64,000 bases of DNA from positions 1-64,000 of the IMG/VR virus record IMGVR_UViG_3300025117_000038; one strand, written 5' to 3'. The DNA is from a virus. The stretch's first letter is position 1. Each line of letters starts with the position of its first letter. The position numbers and the translations under genes were made by a program. Under the pieces are notes generated by a model. It saw only the letters and a list, made by a program, of their open reading frames with translations. It searched no databases and was not told where the DNA came from. This document shows positions 21,669 to 29,657 of the stretch, piece by piece.

Positions 21669-23249
21669 TGCATCATCCTTATGTAAATAATATTATTGTT
21701 GCTGAGATTATCACAAACAATGTTAAAATCACATAACATCCGGCGATTATTTTCATAGCTATTGATAAACTTTGTGCTGTTGCTAAAAAATCTTCGAATT
21801 GTTGTGGTGTCAATGTGTCCCCAAATAATTTTTCATTGCTTTTAAATATTTTACGCGACTATAAAAAGGCATTTCGAAAATTGGGTTTAAGAAATTTTCC
21901 ACATCTTGTGAAATTTCTAATTCTTCCGCTCTCTCAAAAGCAAAAATTAAATCTTTTATCATATTTTCAGTGGCAAATCCATATTTATAATCGGCTATAT
22001 CATATTTGACTATACCACTAGACCCGTATTTATTGATATATTGGAAAAGAGGACTATGACCCTTAATGGCATCACTAAACCGATGTCTATAGCTAGGAAT
22101 ACCCATTCTTGTGGTAGCCTTGTCAATCCCAATCTGTTTATTTCCATTGTCTTTTTTAGAAACAAAGGATAGTCCAAAACGATAGAGAACTATTCCCCTT
22201 ACTGTGGTATTACTACTATAAGTATCATAAACCAATGTGGCAAGTAACTTGCCTTTAGTCTTGAAATGTTTTATTTTCATTTTTACTCCATTGGAATATA
22301 TTTATCAAAAATATGAGCTAAAAATTTTTTCTATATATTCTTCTTTATCGTTTGATTTTACAAAACATTCGGGACATACTAAATAAGTGTCACCACCATC
22401 GTTCTCCTTAAAAACCATATATCTTTTCTTGTGGATGAAGCATTTCTTAAAAGGATTATTTTTGCGTATATATAATTTTCCATTTTTATTTAATAAATTG
22501 AAATCATAAAACATTTTATAGGTATTCTTACTAATACCCCAGTTCAACAATTGTTTTTCGTAAACAAATGACTTAATTGGCGTATAGAGAAAAAGGGGAT
22601 AAAAACTCAGCCAAATTGTGGAAATACTTGTTATTAGAGATATGTTTATAAAAATACTACAATCTTGTTGATTGACAAGGGCAGATAACCACATTAATCC
22701 AAATACAAAAGTAAATAATAGTCCAAACGTTAACAAAAACAGGCTTCTATTAGTCCAAGTTTCTCTTATTCTTTTATACCACATTTATTTTTACCCTCTT
22801 TCTTCTCCTATAAAAAATATACCATGGTATTAAAGCAAGAACAATTATATTTAAAGGTTCTCGGCATATCAATTCTTCCCAAAAAATTACATTATAGACT
22901 ATCGGGAAAAGAACCATCCCAATAAAAAGAAAATATTTCCACATTCTTTTCATAATATAACCAAGAGTCAAAACTCCACCTATAACAATAATAACAACAA
23001 AAGAAATAATTCCAATTATTGTATTACTTATCCATTTCAAAAATCTCATTATTTTTTCCCCTTATTAATTTCTTCTTTCATTTCGTTATACAATGAAACA
23101 AGGCGTTTTTTAATAAAGTTAAATAATCCAATAATTTTGACTCGATTAGCATAGATTATTGATACAATAAGTATCCCAAGTCCAATTTTAGTGTACAGAC
23201 TTTTGATTTGAGACATGTTTGTTCCCTTGTTAAATTTTGTTTTTTTGTA

Positions 23250-23311
23250 TCAAGGAGACAGGACTCGAACTTCAATCCTTCTGGATTGCGGACTACTTAT
23301 CCTACCCCTCG
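23250..23311 (-). pseudogene. Degenerate tRNA-like sequence lacking an anticodon loop
   Basis: Acceptor CGAGGGG/CTCCTTG, D-arm GGA..TCC, CAATCC-AGAA-GGATTG hairpin, GTTCGAGTCC without its 5' T-stem. Confidence 0.55.
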
Positions 23312-23323
23312 TTTCTATATACA

Positions 23324-23785
23324 TTATACGCTTATCTTATTATTTTTATTCATTTTTATATATCTATCAGATAAAATAATTGAACCAGCGACAGAGACAT
23401 TCAATGAAAAATCGTAAAGTGTTGGGATATAAACAGTTGGATATATATTAGTAATTTCCTTAGGGATACCATAATCTTCGGCTCCCAATAAATAAATCCC
23501 CTGTTCGGGATGGATAAAATTAGAAAGAGAATGAGAGGTTTCTGTTTTTTCGATACAAATAAGCCGTGAATCTTTGGGAATACTGTTTTCAAAAGTATTA
23601 AAATCATGATAATCAAAAAGAGGGATACTCAAATAAGCCTTACTGGTATCGGTTTTGTGATTTTTATATCGATTGCCAATTGTGAAAATAAACGAAGCTC
23701 CAAAAAGGTGTGCCGACCTCCACAATGTTCCTATATTTTGTGGAAACTTATTTCCTATGATTCCAATTCCGCAATAACCTCTCAT
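23324..23785 (-). CDS. SpoU/TrmH family RNA 2'-O-methyltransferase (SPOUT)
   Basis: PQNIGTLWRSAHLFGA, LLGAEDYGI, SLNVSVAGSIIL. Confidence 0.9.
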   Translation of the reverse strand: MRGYCGIGIIGNKFPQNIGTLWRSAHLFGASFIFTIGNRYKNHKTDTSKAYLSIPLFDYHDFNTFENSIPKDSRLICIEKTETSHSLSNFIHPEQGIYLLGAEDYGIPKEITNIYPTVYIPTLYDFSLNVSVAGSIILSDRYIKMNKNNKISV

Positions 23786-23804
23786 GACTTAACCTTTTTA
23801 TATA

Positions 23805-23877
23805 CAGGTAGGGAAAGATTCGAACTTTCATTCTTCAGTTTTGGAGACTGATATTCTACCAATTTAATTACCTACCT
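23805..23877 (-). tRNA. trnW: tRNA-Trp(CCA)
   Basis: Cloverleaf; TCAGT-CTCCAAA-ACTGA; GTTCGAAT. Confidence 0.85.
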
Positions 23878-24079
23878 ATTTTTTATGGTTGAGAACTTTC
23901 AAATTCACTTTCTTTAATACAAAAAAGATGTTCAATAGGATATTTAATTCTTTCTTCACCATTCTCAACACAAAACAAATCACCTTTAGTATAGGTTGAT
24001 TTTGCATTTTTAAATACTATTGGTTGGGATGCTCTTTGAAACCAAATTTTTACTACCATTATACACTCCTTTTTATTTA

Positions 24080-24153
24080 TCCCCACAGGTGGATTCGAAC
24101 CACCATTGGAGGGTGTTTAAGACCCTTGCCTCTACCTGTTGGGCTATGTGGGG
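24080..24153 (-). tRNA. trnL: tRNA-Leu(TAA), short variable loop
   Basis: AGGGT-CTTAAAC-ACCCT; acceptor CCCCACA/TGTGGGG. Confidence 0.85.
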
Positions 24154-24575
24154 GTTGTTTTTTTGGGTTTTACTTTTGTGGTACAAAACCCATTAAAAAT
24201 GCCGTTACATTTTCTTGAACAGAAAGTATTTTTATAACCTTTTAATAATGGGGATTGATTTGCATATCTTTCAAATTTTATTCCACAATTTTTACAAATA
24301 AATATTTTTGTTGTTCTGCCGTTTGGATATCTTATTTTTCCATGAAGTCTTGCATGCTCTTTTCTTTTCATGATTTTTATATTTTCTGGTCTATTATCAT
24401 GTTTGTCGTGATTTATATGATGAGCAACTTCATCATCGTTTAGCAATCTTTTTATTTTATTTTCTGCAATAATGCGATGGGCAAGTACGTATCCATGTAT
24501 ATCGGCTTTTGGGTGTTCTGGAACAACTCCATATAAATACTCGCCTTTTTTAACAATTTTTTTTATAGTCCACAT
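24144..24575 (-). CDS. HNH homing endonuclease in the tRNA array
   Basis: AHRIIAE...VAHHINHDKHDNRPENI...EHARLH plus C-terminal zinc finger. Confidence 0.9.
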   Translation of the reverse strand: MWTIKKIVKKGEYLYGVVPEHPKADIHGYVLAHRIIAENKIKRLLNDDEVAHHINHDKHDNRPENIKIMKRKEHARLHGKIRYPNGRTTKIFICKNCGIKFERYANQSPLLKGYKNTFCSRKCNGIFNGFCTTKVKPKKTTPT

Positions 24576-24586
24576 ATTTATGTTTT

Positions 24587-24610
24587 CTCACCAGACTGAG
24601 CTACGAGAGA
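24587..24610 (-). pseudogene. 5' fragment of a tRNA (acceptor 5' strand plus D-arm) truncated by the HNH gene
   Basis: TCTCTCG-TA-GCTC-AGTCTGGT-GAGA directly upstream of the HNH start. Confidence 0.55.
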
Positions 24611-24752
24611 TTGTTCCCTGTCTTCCCTTTTTTGATTACGACGAATCCATCTATTCCAATAGGTTTTGTACCATCTATTCCGTCTTTCTGGGAATCGACC
24701 ATCACCGTTATATGCCCATCGAATATGTTTTCTACGTTTTTTCATAATTTTG

Positions 24753-24863
24753 TTTCCCCAACAGAACTTGAACCCGTAGTCGATGGATTAGTAAACAAAT
24801 TTTAATTTATTAATACTTATGCAATTAGAAATCCATTACTTTATCCAATTGAGTTATGAGGAA
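24753..24863 (-). tRNA. trnR: tRNA-Arg(TCT) interrupted by a 37-nt insertion in the anticodon loop; probably decayed
   Basis: ATGGA-TTTCTA[insert]A-TCCAT; TA duplicated; G:U-rich stems. Confidence 0.7.
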
Positions 24864-25391
24864 TTATATTGATATAATATAAAATCTATTGTCCATCCCT
24901 ATATATTTGTCTAAAAGACCTAAAACACTATTCCACGAAAGTTCCCCATTTCCACAACCTGGTCTTGGGATAATTATTTTTTTCCATTCATTTATGTCGG
25001 CTAAATAAATAATCTGCCTTAAAGACCTTTCTATAATTTCTAAAGTAGCTTTAGCAGCCCAACCTGGAACTATATCACCACATTGGAATTTATCAGCCAT
25101 GTGTTTTACCACATTGCTTTTATCTTCATAACAAATAGTTTGTCTTGGTTTTACTGGAAAAGAATAAATAGAATATTTATTATATTTAATAAGTGGAAAA
25201 ACGCTATTCCCAAAAAGAGAAATTCCCTGTCCCAAAATAGCCTCAAGATTTTGTCCCGGATATAATTTAACGGCTTGTTTGGCTACTCCCCTACCCATAA
25301 CCCCATTTCCATTGGCTTTTACGAATCCATTAGTTGTGACACAAATTACATCGGCTTTTTGTTGAAAAATATTTCCAGAAATAAGATGCAT
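24864..25391 (-). CDS. Macro domain (Appr-1-p/ADP-ribose processing) protein
   Basis: GNIF, ICVTTN, MGRGVAKQ, FPVK, PRPGCGNGELSW; start moved to MHLISG because the upstream ORF extension overlaps tRNA-Ser. Confidence 0.85.
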   Translation of the reverse strand: MHLISGNIFQQKADVICVTTNGFVKANGNGVMGRGVAKQAVKLYPGQNLEAILGQGISLFGNSVFPLIKYNKYSIYSFPVKPRQTICYEDKSNVVKHMADKFQCGDIVPGWAAKATLEIIERSLRQIIYLADINEWKKIIIPRPGCGNGELSWNSVLGLLDKYIGMDNRFYIISI

Positions 25392-25411
25392 TTTCCATTC
25401 CTTTATAAAAG

Positions 25412-25497
25412 AGGAAGGTGTAGGATTTGAACCTACGGGGGTTGTTAACCCCAATAGTTTTCAAGACTATCGCCATAAACCACTCGGCCAACCTTCC
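25412..25497 (-). tRNA. trnS: tRNA-Ser(TGA)
   Basis: ATAGT-CTTGAAA-ACTAT; long variable arm. Confidence 0.9.
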
Positions 25498-25505
25498 ATA
25501 ATTAG

Positions 25506-25589
25506 CGGAAGGGGAAAGAATCGAACTCTCAGGCCAAATACATGGCCACAGATTAGCAATCTGTTGCATTACCATTATGCTACCCTTCC
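25506..25589 (-). tRNA. trnS: tRNA-Ser(GCT)
   Basis: ACAGA-TTGCTAA-TCTGT; long variable arm. Confidence 0.9.
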
Positions 25590-25635
25590 AATGACAGGAG
25601 AAGGATTTGAACCTCCGAAGCTTGCGCGACAGATT

Positions 25636-25653
25636 TACTGAAGTAATTCATTA
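25636..25653 (+). mobile_element. 14-bp ends-only derivative of the micro-element, TA-flanked
   Basis: TA-CTGAAGTAATTCAT-TA, sharing the CTGAAG and TTCAY ends. Confidence 0.65.
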
Positions 25654-25667
25654 CAGTCTGTTGCCAT

Positions 25668-25703
25668 TACTGAAGAGGTGATAACTTCTTCCGTTGTTCA
25701 CTA
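25668..25703 (+). mobile_element. 32-bp micro-element copy 3, TA-flanked, in the tRNA-Tyr D-loop
   Basis: TA-CTGAAGAGGTGATAACTTCTTCCGTTGTTCAC-TA. Confidence 0.85.
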
Positions 25704-25739
25704 ACCACTCGGCCATCCTGTCTAATTCTTATTTATTTG

Positions 25740-25904
25740 AGCAAAGTGGCAGGACTCGAACCTGCAAAAGGACTTTCTTGGTGGCATTTATTAGTTCCTC
25801 GGCCTTAAGGAATCCTTGCGGACGGCTTAGAGCAAGTAAGCCTACATCGCCACATCGCCGGTATTTCAACTTATCATAGCGTTTACATTCCGCCACACTT
25901 TGCT
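25740..25904 (-). ncRNA. tRNA-framed structured RNA with a ~113-nt multi-hairpin domain replacing the anticodon/variable arms
   Basis: Acceptor-like GCAAAGTG/CACTTTGC, Leu-like D-arm, T-arm GCAGG-TTCGAGT-CCTGC. Confidence 0.7.
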
Positions 25905-25910
25905 TTTTTA

Positions 25911-26009
25911 GGAAACAGAAGGAGTATAGTATCTCATATAAGCCGATATCAAGCTTCCACCCCTTTGATACAGGCTTGTGGCTACCCTTTTATACCCCTA
26001 ACCTGCTCC
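25911..26009 (-). ncRNA. Rod-like hairpin RNA with a central bubble
   Basis: Nested pairings GGGGTATA/TATACTCC, AAGCC/GGCTT, GTATCAA/TTGATAT; G:U pairs favour the minus strand. Confidence 0.55.
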
Positions 26010-26022
26010 ACCACGAATTTTT

Positions 26023-26126
26023 TGGCAAAGTCTCAACAGATTCGAACTGTTCATGCAACCAGCACTATCCCGGATTCGAACCGGATGGGGTAGCTAACCC
26101 TCTTCGACCATCTCGTTGACTTTGCC
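26023..26126 (-). ncRNA. Double T-loop tRNA-mimic RNA
   Basis: 9-bp terminal stem GGCAAAGTC/GACTTTGCC, two TTCGAAT T-arms, two TGG-containing D-like loops. Confidence 0.7.
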
Positions 26127-26140
26127 TATATATTATACGC
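26126..26140 (-). promoter_or_regulatory. Recurrent promoter-like motif GCGTATAATATATAG
   Basis: Related copies at 23315..23331 (-), 31195..31209 (-) and 31280..31295 (+), each just upstream of a gene or RNA. Confidence 0.6.
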
Positions 26141-26178
26141 TCAAATTACATTTTTCACTTATTTTTTTATAAAAATTA

Positions 26179-26250
26179 TAGCTCTGCTGAGAATCGAACT
26201 CAGGTCGTAAGATTGAAATTCTCACATCCTATCCACTGGACGACAGAGCC
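26179..26250 (-). tRNA. trnE: tRNA-Glu(TTC)
   Basis: TGAGA-ATTTCAA-TCTTA; GTTCGATT. Confidence 0.85.
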
Positions 26251-26251
26251 A

Positions 26252-26327
26252 TGGAACGGTGACAGGGATTCAAACCCTGACCCTCAGTTTGGAAGACTGA
26301 CATGCTATCGTTAAACACCATCACCGC
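26252..26327 (-). tRNA. trnG: tRNA-Gly(TCC), encoded CCA
   Basis: TCAGT-CTTCCAA-ACTGA. Confidence 0.9.
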
Positions 26328-26677
26328 GACTACATTTGTTTTAAAAACTTATCTCTTTCGTCAATATCTAAAAATTGTTGGATAATTACAACCGCTTGTT
26401 GTAAACCTAACCCAATACCTCTATTAACACCATGTAGAAAAATTGCTTTTTCTTTTTCATCAAGATATTCTGGTTTCTTCTGAAGATAGTTTTGACTGAT
26501 TTTTTTCGTATCATCAAGTATTTCTTTTAATTCTTGATTTGTCATTTTTTCTTTCTTTTTTGCTTTTTATTTTTGGGGTCTAATTTATTTGTTTTCCCAG
26601 GTTCGTCACTATACGTTTTTTGTCTCCTGCCCTTATTGGCCGGAATCTTCTTTTGTTTTTTATCTCCCATTTTTACC

Positions 26678-27028
26678 TCAACTATATAAATATTCTAAAA
26701 TAATCTTAGCATCATCAATATTGATTTTACCGTCTTTATTTAAATCAAGACGATTAAACCAATTAGCGACATCATTAAGGTCAACTAAGTTATCTCCATC
26801 GCTATCAAATGATTTAATAAAATTAACCAAAAAAGTAAAATCCTTAAGATTTACCGTTTCATCTTGATTAACATCCACGTCATTTTTTAAAATTTCCATC
26901 ATCTTCCTCTTATATAAAAAACTTATTTCTTTTGATTCGCAAGATTTACATATTGGTAAATTATGAGAACAACTACTTTCCATCTCTTTATGGCAAACAA
27001 AACATAGTTTGAGCAACGGTTTAAACAT
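26678..27028 (-). CDS. Zinc-ribbon plus EF-hand pair protein
   Basis: CFVC...CKSC; loops DSDGDNLVDLND and DLNKDGKINIDD. Confidence 0.7.
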   Translation of the reverse strand: MFKPLLKLCFVCHKEMESSCSHNLPICKSCESKEISFLYKRKMMEILKNDVDVNQDETVNLKDFTFLVNFIKSFDSDGDNLVDLNDVANWFNRLDLNKDGKINIDDAKIILEYLYS

Positions 27029-27273
27029 ATATATTTATTTCCAAATCTTTTGGTTCAATTTTAAATATTTCCTTATTTTTTTGCACCAATATAATAAAGT
27101 CCACCTTAGAACTGTCTACTAATCTGGCATTTAGATACTCTTGTCCAAATTTGGATTTTAATTTGTAACCTATTTTTACTTTATAACTTTTTGGTACATT
27201 GTCAAGTTTTGTATCAGACGGAAAATGATGAGTAATCATTGGTTTCCCATTGCTTTGTTTTGTATTTTTCATT

Positions 27274-27477
27274 TTATTTCCTTATTATATCCAATTCATC
27301 ACAAAAAATTATTGAAATTGCATTATTAATATCTCCCCCCATCCGAGTATAATCATCACCGCCATCAATAAATAAATTTTTACATTTGCACCATCTAAAA
27401 TCATGTCGGTAAAATGAAAAAATTCTATCGTGACATTTGGGACATTCTATTCCATATTTAATGGGTTTATTTAACAT
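27274..27477 (-). CDS. Small phage zinc-binding protein
   Basis: CPKC.D.I.S..RHDFRWCKC...IDGG. Confidence 0.65.
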   Translation of the reverse strand: MLNKPIKYGIECPKCHDRIFSFYRHDFRWCKCKNLFIDGGDDYTRMGGDINNAISIIFCDELDIIRK

Positions 27478-28061
27478 TATTGCCTCAAATCATAAGTATA
27501 AATATGTTTTCCTAAAGTATCTAAATAATATGCAACACCCAATTTAAGCATACTCTTTAGTTTTTCTGCAAATGGTTTTAGTTTCCCTTTATATTTTGTT
27601 CTAATGGCTTTATCGTGAAAAGTTTGTCCATTAAAGCGAATTACTTTTCCTGGTTTTGTCATTCCAAGGTATTTAAAATTAGAGGCCTTATAAATAGTCC
27701 CTACATGACCATAAGTAGCATCAGCATATGAAATAACCATTTTAATGTTCGTGTTTTTTTGGAGCCATTTTAAAGTCTTTCCTATAAAATAACTTTCAGT
27801 ATTTCGCGGGGTATTATCAATACAACATAACCTTCTTAATTCAATTATATCTTCCTGTTTATTAACATATCTTTTCCATACATTAGCCATTGCTATTTTA
27901 CCATATACCATGGCTCCTATTAAAGCATCTCCATCATATAAGCCAAAACAATAATCACTAATAATACCATTCATATTATGGGAATAATGCCACAACTCTA
28001 TAAAATTAGAAATTTCTTTTCTAGTACATGGCTTAACTGTGTATGTCCTAACCTTTCCCAT
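27477..28061 (-). CDS. Mom-like (GNAT-fold) DNA adenine modification enzyme
   Basis: HYSH, IELRRLC, RNTESYFIG, ISYADATYGHVGTIYKASNF; start moved to MGKVRTY. Confidence 0.8.
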   Translation of the reverse strand: MGKVRTYTVKPCTRKEISNFIELWHYSHNMNGIISDYCFGLYDGDALIGAMVYGKIAMANVWKRYVNKQEDIIELRRLCCIDNTPRNTESYFIGKTLKWLQKNTNIKMVISYADATYGHVGTIYKASNFKYLGMTKPGKVIRFNGQTFHDKAIRTKYKGKLKPFAEKLKSMLKLGVAYYLDTLGKHIYTYDLRQ

Positions 28062-28089
28062 AAATACCCTTTTAATAAAAAATTTTAAA

Positions 28090-28156
28090 CGGGAGCAACG
28101 GGATTCGACCCCCTGACGTGACAGGCCAGTGGTTGTATCCATTTAACTATGCCCCC
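28090..28156 (-). pseudogene. tRNA-Asp(GTC) lacking the variable loop and part of the T-stem
   Basis: CTGGC-CTGTCAC-GTCAG followed directly by GGGGTCGAATCCCG; only 67 nt. Confidence 0.7.
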
Positions 28157-28224
28157 TCGGAATCTTCACAAGATTCATAAAACATATATCCACATTTATT
28201 ACATTCTATTCTTAATGTATCCCT

Positions 28225-28326
28225 ATGTTCCATTGGTTCAAGTTCCATTTCTTTAGGAATATCCACAACTGTAAAATGTCCCATTGGTTTAAGTTTTATT
28301 TCTTTAGGAATATACACAACTGTAAA
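28225..28326. repeat. 2 x 51-bp tandem duplication within CDS 28147..28425
   Basis: FTVVYIPKEIKLKPMGH / FTVVDIPKEMELEPMEH. Confidence 0.85.
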
Positions 28327-28988
28327 TTGGTCGTCGCCCTCTATACAATTGGGATATTTTATAAACCTTGCTTTACCACATTTAGGGCATTTGGTAATTG
28401 TTTTATATCTTTCCACTTCCCCCAAACTCCTCTCTGTATTTTGCTTTTTTAGTTATCTTGTACAAAATCAAATAAGGAAACCAATGCCAAAATGTAATCG
28501 TAAAATATTTTCCATATTCCTGTAATTCCTTTCTTTGGATATAATGTTGAACAACATCATCAATCATCAACCATCCCCCAAATCCCAACAAAAAAATTAC
28601 AAGCCACTCGTACCATCCATTCATCGAGAGATTAAAAAAAATCATAACAAAACCAATTAAACACAATATCATTCCAGTAAAGAAATGATGAGATTCAAAA
28701 GAACTAAATTTAGTTCTGCCTATTGTATAATATCTATAATACATTAGTTATTGCTCTTTTTAGAATTTAATAACGCTTCAGCCAAAATCTTTGGATGAAT
28801 ATTTTTTAGTTTAGCCATTTTCTTGATGTTGTCAATCAATTTCATAAAATTATCCCTTCAAAAATAATAAAATCAATTAAAGCAACTAATAGTAAGTTTT
28901 CATTTTCTTTGTTGATTGTTAATGTCTCTGATAGCATATAAAATTATTCCTATATACATTATACTTAACACAAATGGTATTAAAAAAA

Positions 28989-29061
28989 CAGGGGAGAAGG
29001 GAATCGAACCCCTATCTGGAGAGTCAAAGTCTCCTGTTATATCCATTTTCACTACTCCCCT
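28989..29061 (-). tRNA. trnQ: tRNA-Gln(TTG)
   Basis: GGAGA-CTTTGAC-TCTCC. Confidence 0.85.
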
Positions 29062-29062
29062 A

Positions 29063-29138
29063 TGGTCTGGGCAACAGGACTTGAACCTGTAACACTTTGG
29101 TCCCAAACCAAAGACTCTACCATTTGAGCTATACCCAG
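29063..29138 (-). tRNA. trnP: tRNA-Pro(TGG), encoded CCA
   Basis: TTTGG-TTTGGGA-CCAAA. Confidence 0.9.
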
Positions 29139-29561
29139 TTAATTGAAAAAACCAAAATCTATAATCGCAGCCGGAGCTACGCAGTCCTGAGTTGTCTTAA
29201 AGATAACATTAGAAATGGGTGACCAATTGATAATTTCATCACCAACCCTCATGGCAAAATAATAAGTTTGATTACATTCTAAATTAATTGTAGTTGTCCA
29301 TGATTCTGATGTCCCGGCAGGAAGAGGAATAAGGGCGGTACAACCGGGAACTTGAGTAGCACTTAAAAATGCTGTACTATCGGCCAATGAATTCTTTCCA
29401 TATCGAATGTCGTAATGGGAAGCGGTTCCGGTAGTACCATCATCTCCACTTGCCGTCCATACAAAAGTCAATTCTACATTCTTGGTTTGTGCGTTACATG
29501 CTATATTAAACAACACCAACGCACTGATAACTAAAAAAAATACAGTCAAACACTTTCTCAT
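29139..29561 (-). CDS. Secreted fibronectin type III-like protein
   Basis: Signal peptide; WTASGDDGTTGTASHYDIRY...TYYFAMRVGDE..NWSPISN. Confidence 0.7.
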   Translation of the reverse strand: MRKCLTVFFLVISALVLFNIACNAQTKNVELTFVWTASGDDGTTGTASHYDIRYGKNSLADSTAFLSATQVPGCTALIPLPAGTSESWTTTINLECNQTYYFAMRVGDEIINWSPISNVIFKTTQDCVAPAAIIDFGFFN

Positions 29562-29580
29562 TATAAATCCTTTCTTTTTA

Positions 29581-29653
29581 AGCCCTTGACAGGAATCGAA
29601 CCTGTTGTATCCTGTTTACAAGACAGGTGCTTTGCCGATTAAGCTACAAGGGC
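29581..29653 (-). tRNA. trnT: tRNA-Thr(TGT)
   Basis: CCTGT-CTTGTAA-ACAGG. Confidence 0.9.
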
Positions 29654-29657
29654 AATT

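Larger units (their letters stand above)
25592..25722 (-). tRNA. trnY: tRNA-Tyr(GTA) interrupted twice (34 nt in the D-loop, 16 nt in the anticodon loop)
   Basis: Removing both TA-flanked inserts gives a clean cloverleaf GACAGGA...GCCGAGTGGTTAATGGC...ACAGA-CTGTAAA-TCTGT...TCCTGTC-A. Confidence 0.85.

Noticed and set aside
24144-24610. Group I intron in a tRNA encoding the HNH
   Set aside because: No matching 3' tRNA half downstream and no room for a ribozyme core; the next element is a complete separate tRNA-Leu
10788-25703. 32-36 bp hairpin repeats as a CRISPR array
   Set aside because: Copies are kilobases apart, in both orientations, with no spacer periodicity and no cas genes in the window; TA duplication fits insertion better
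25330-25879. ORFs 25330..25575 and 25694..25879 (also 28900..29106 in part and 31807..32064)
   Set aside because: They overlap tRNA or ncRNA genes and are most likely shadow frames
25911-26009. RNase P RNA or SRP RNA
   Set aside because: GGCTTAT resembles the RNase P 3' end, but GAGGAAAGTCC is absent and the length is far too short; the SRP helix 8 motif is not seen
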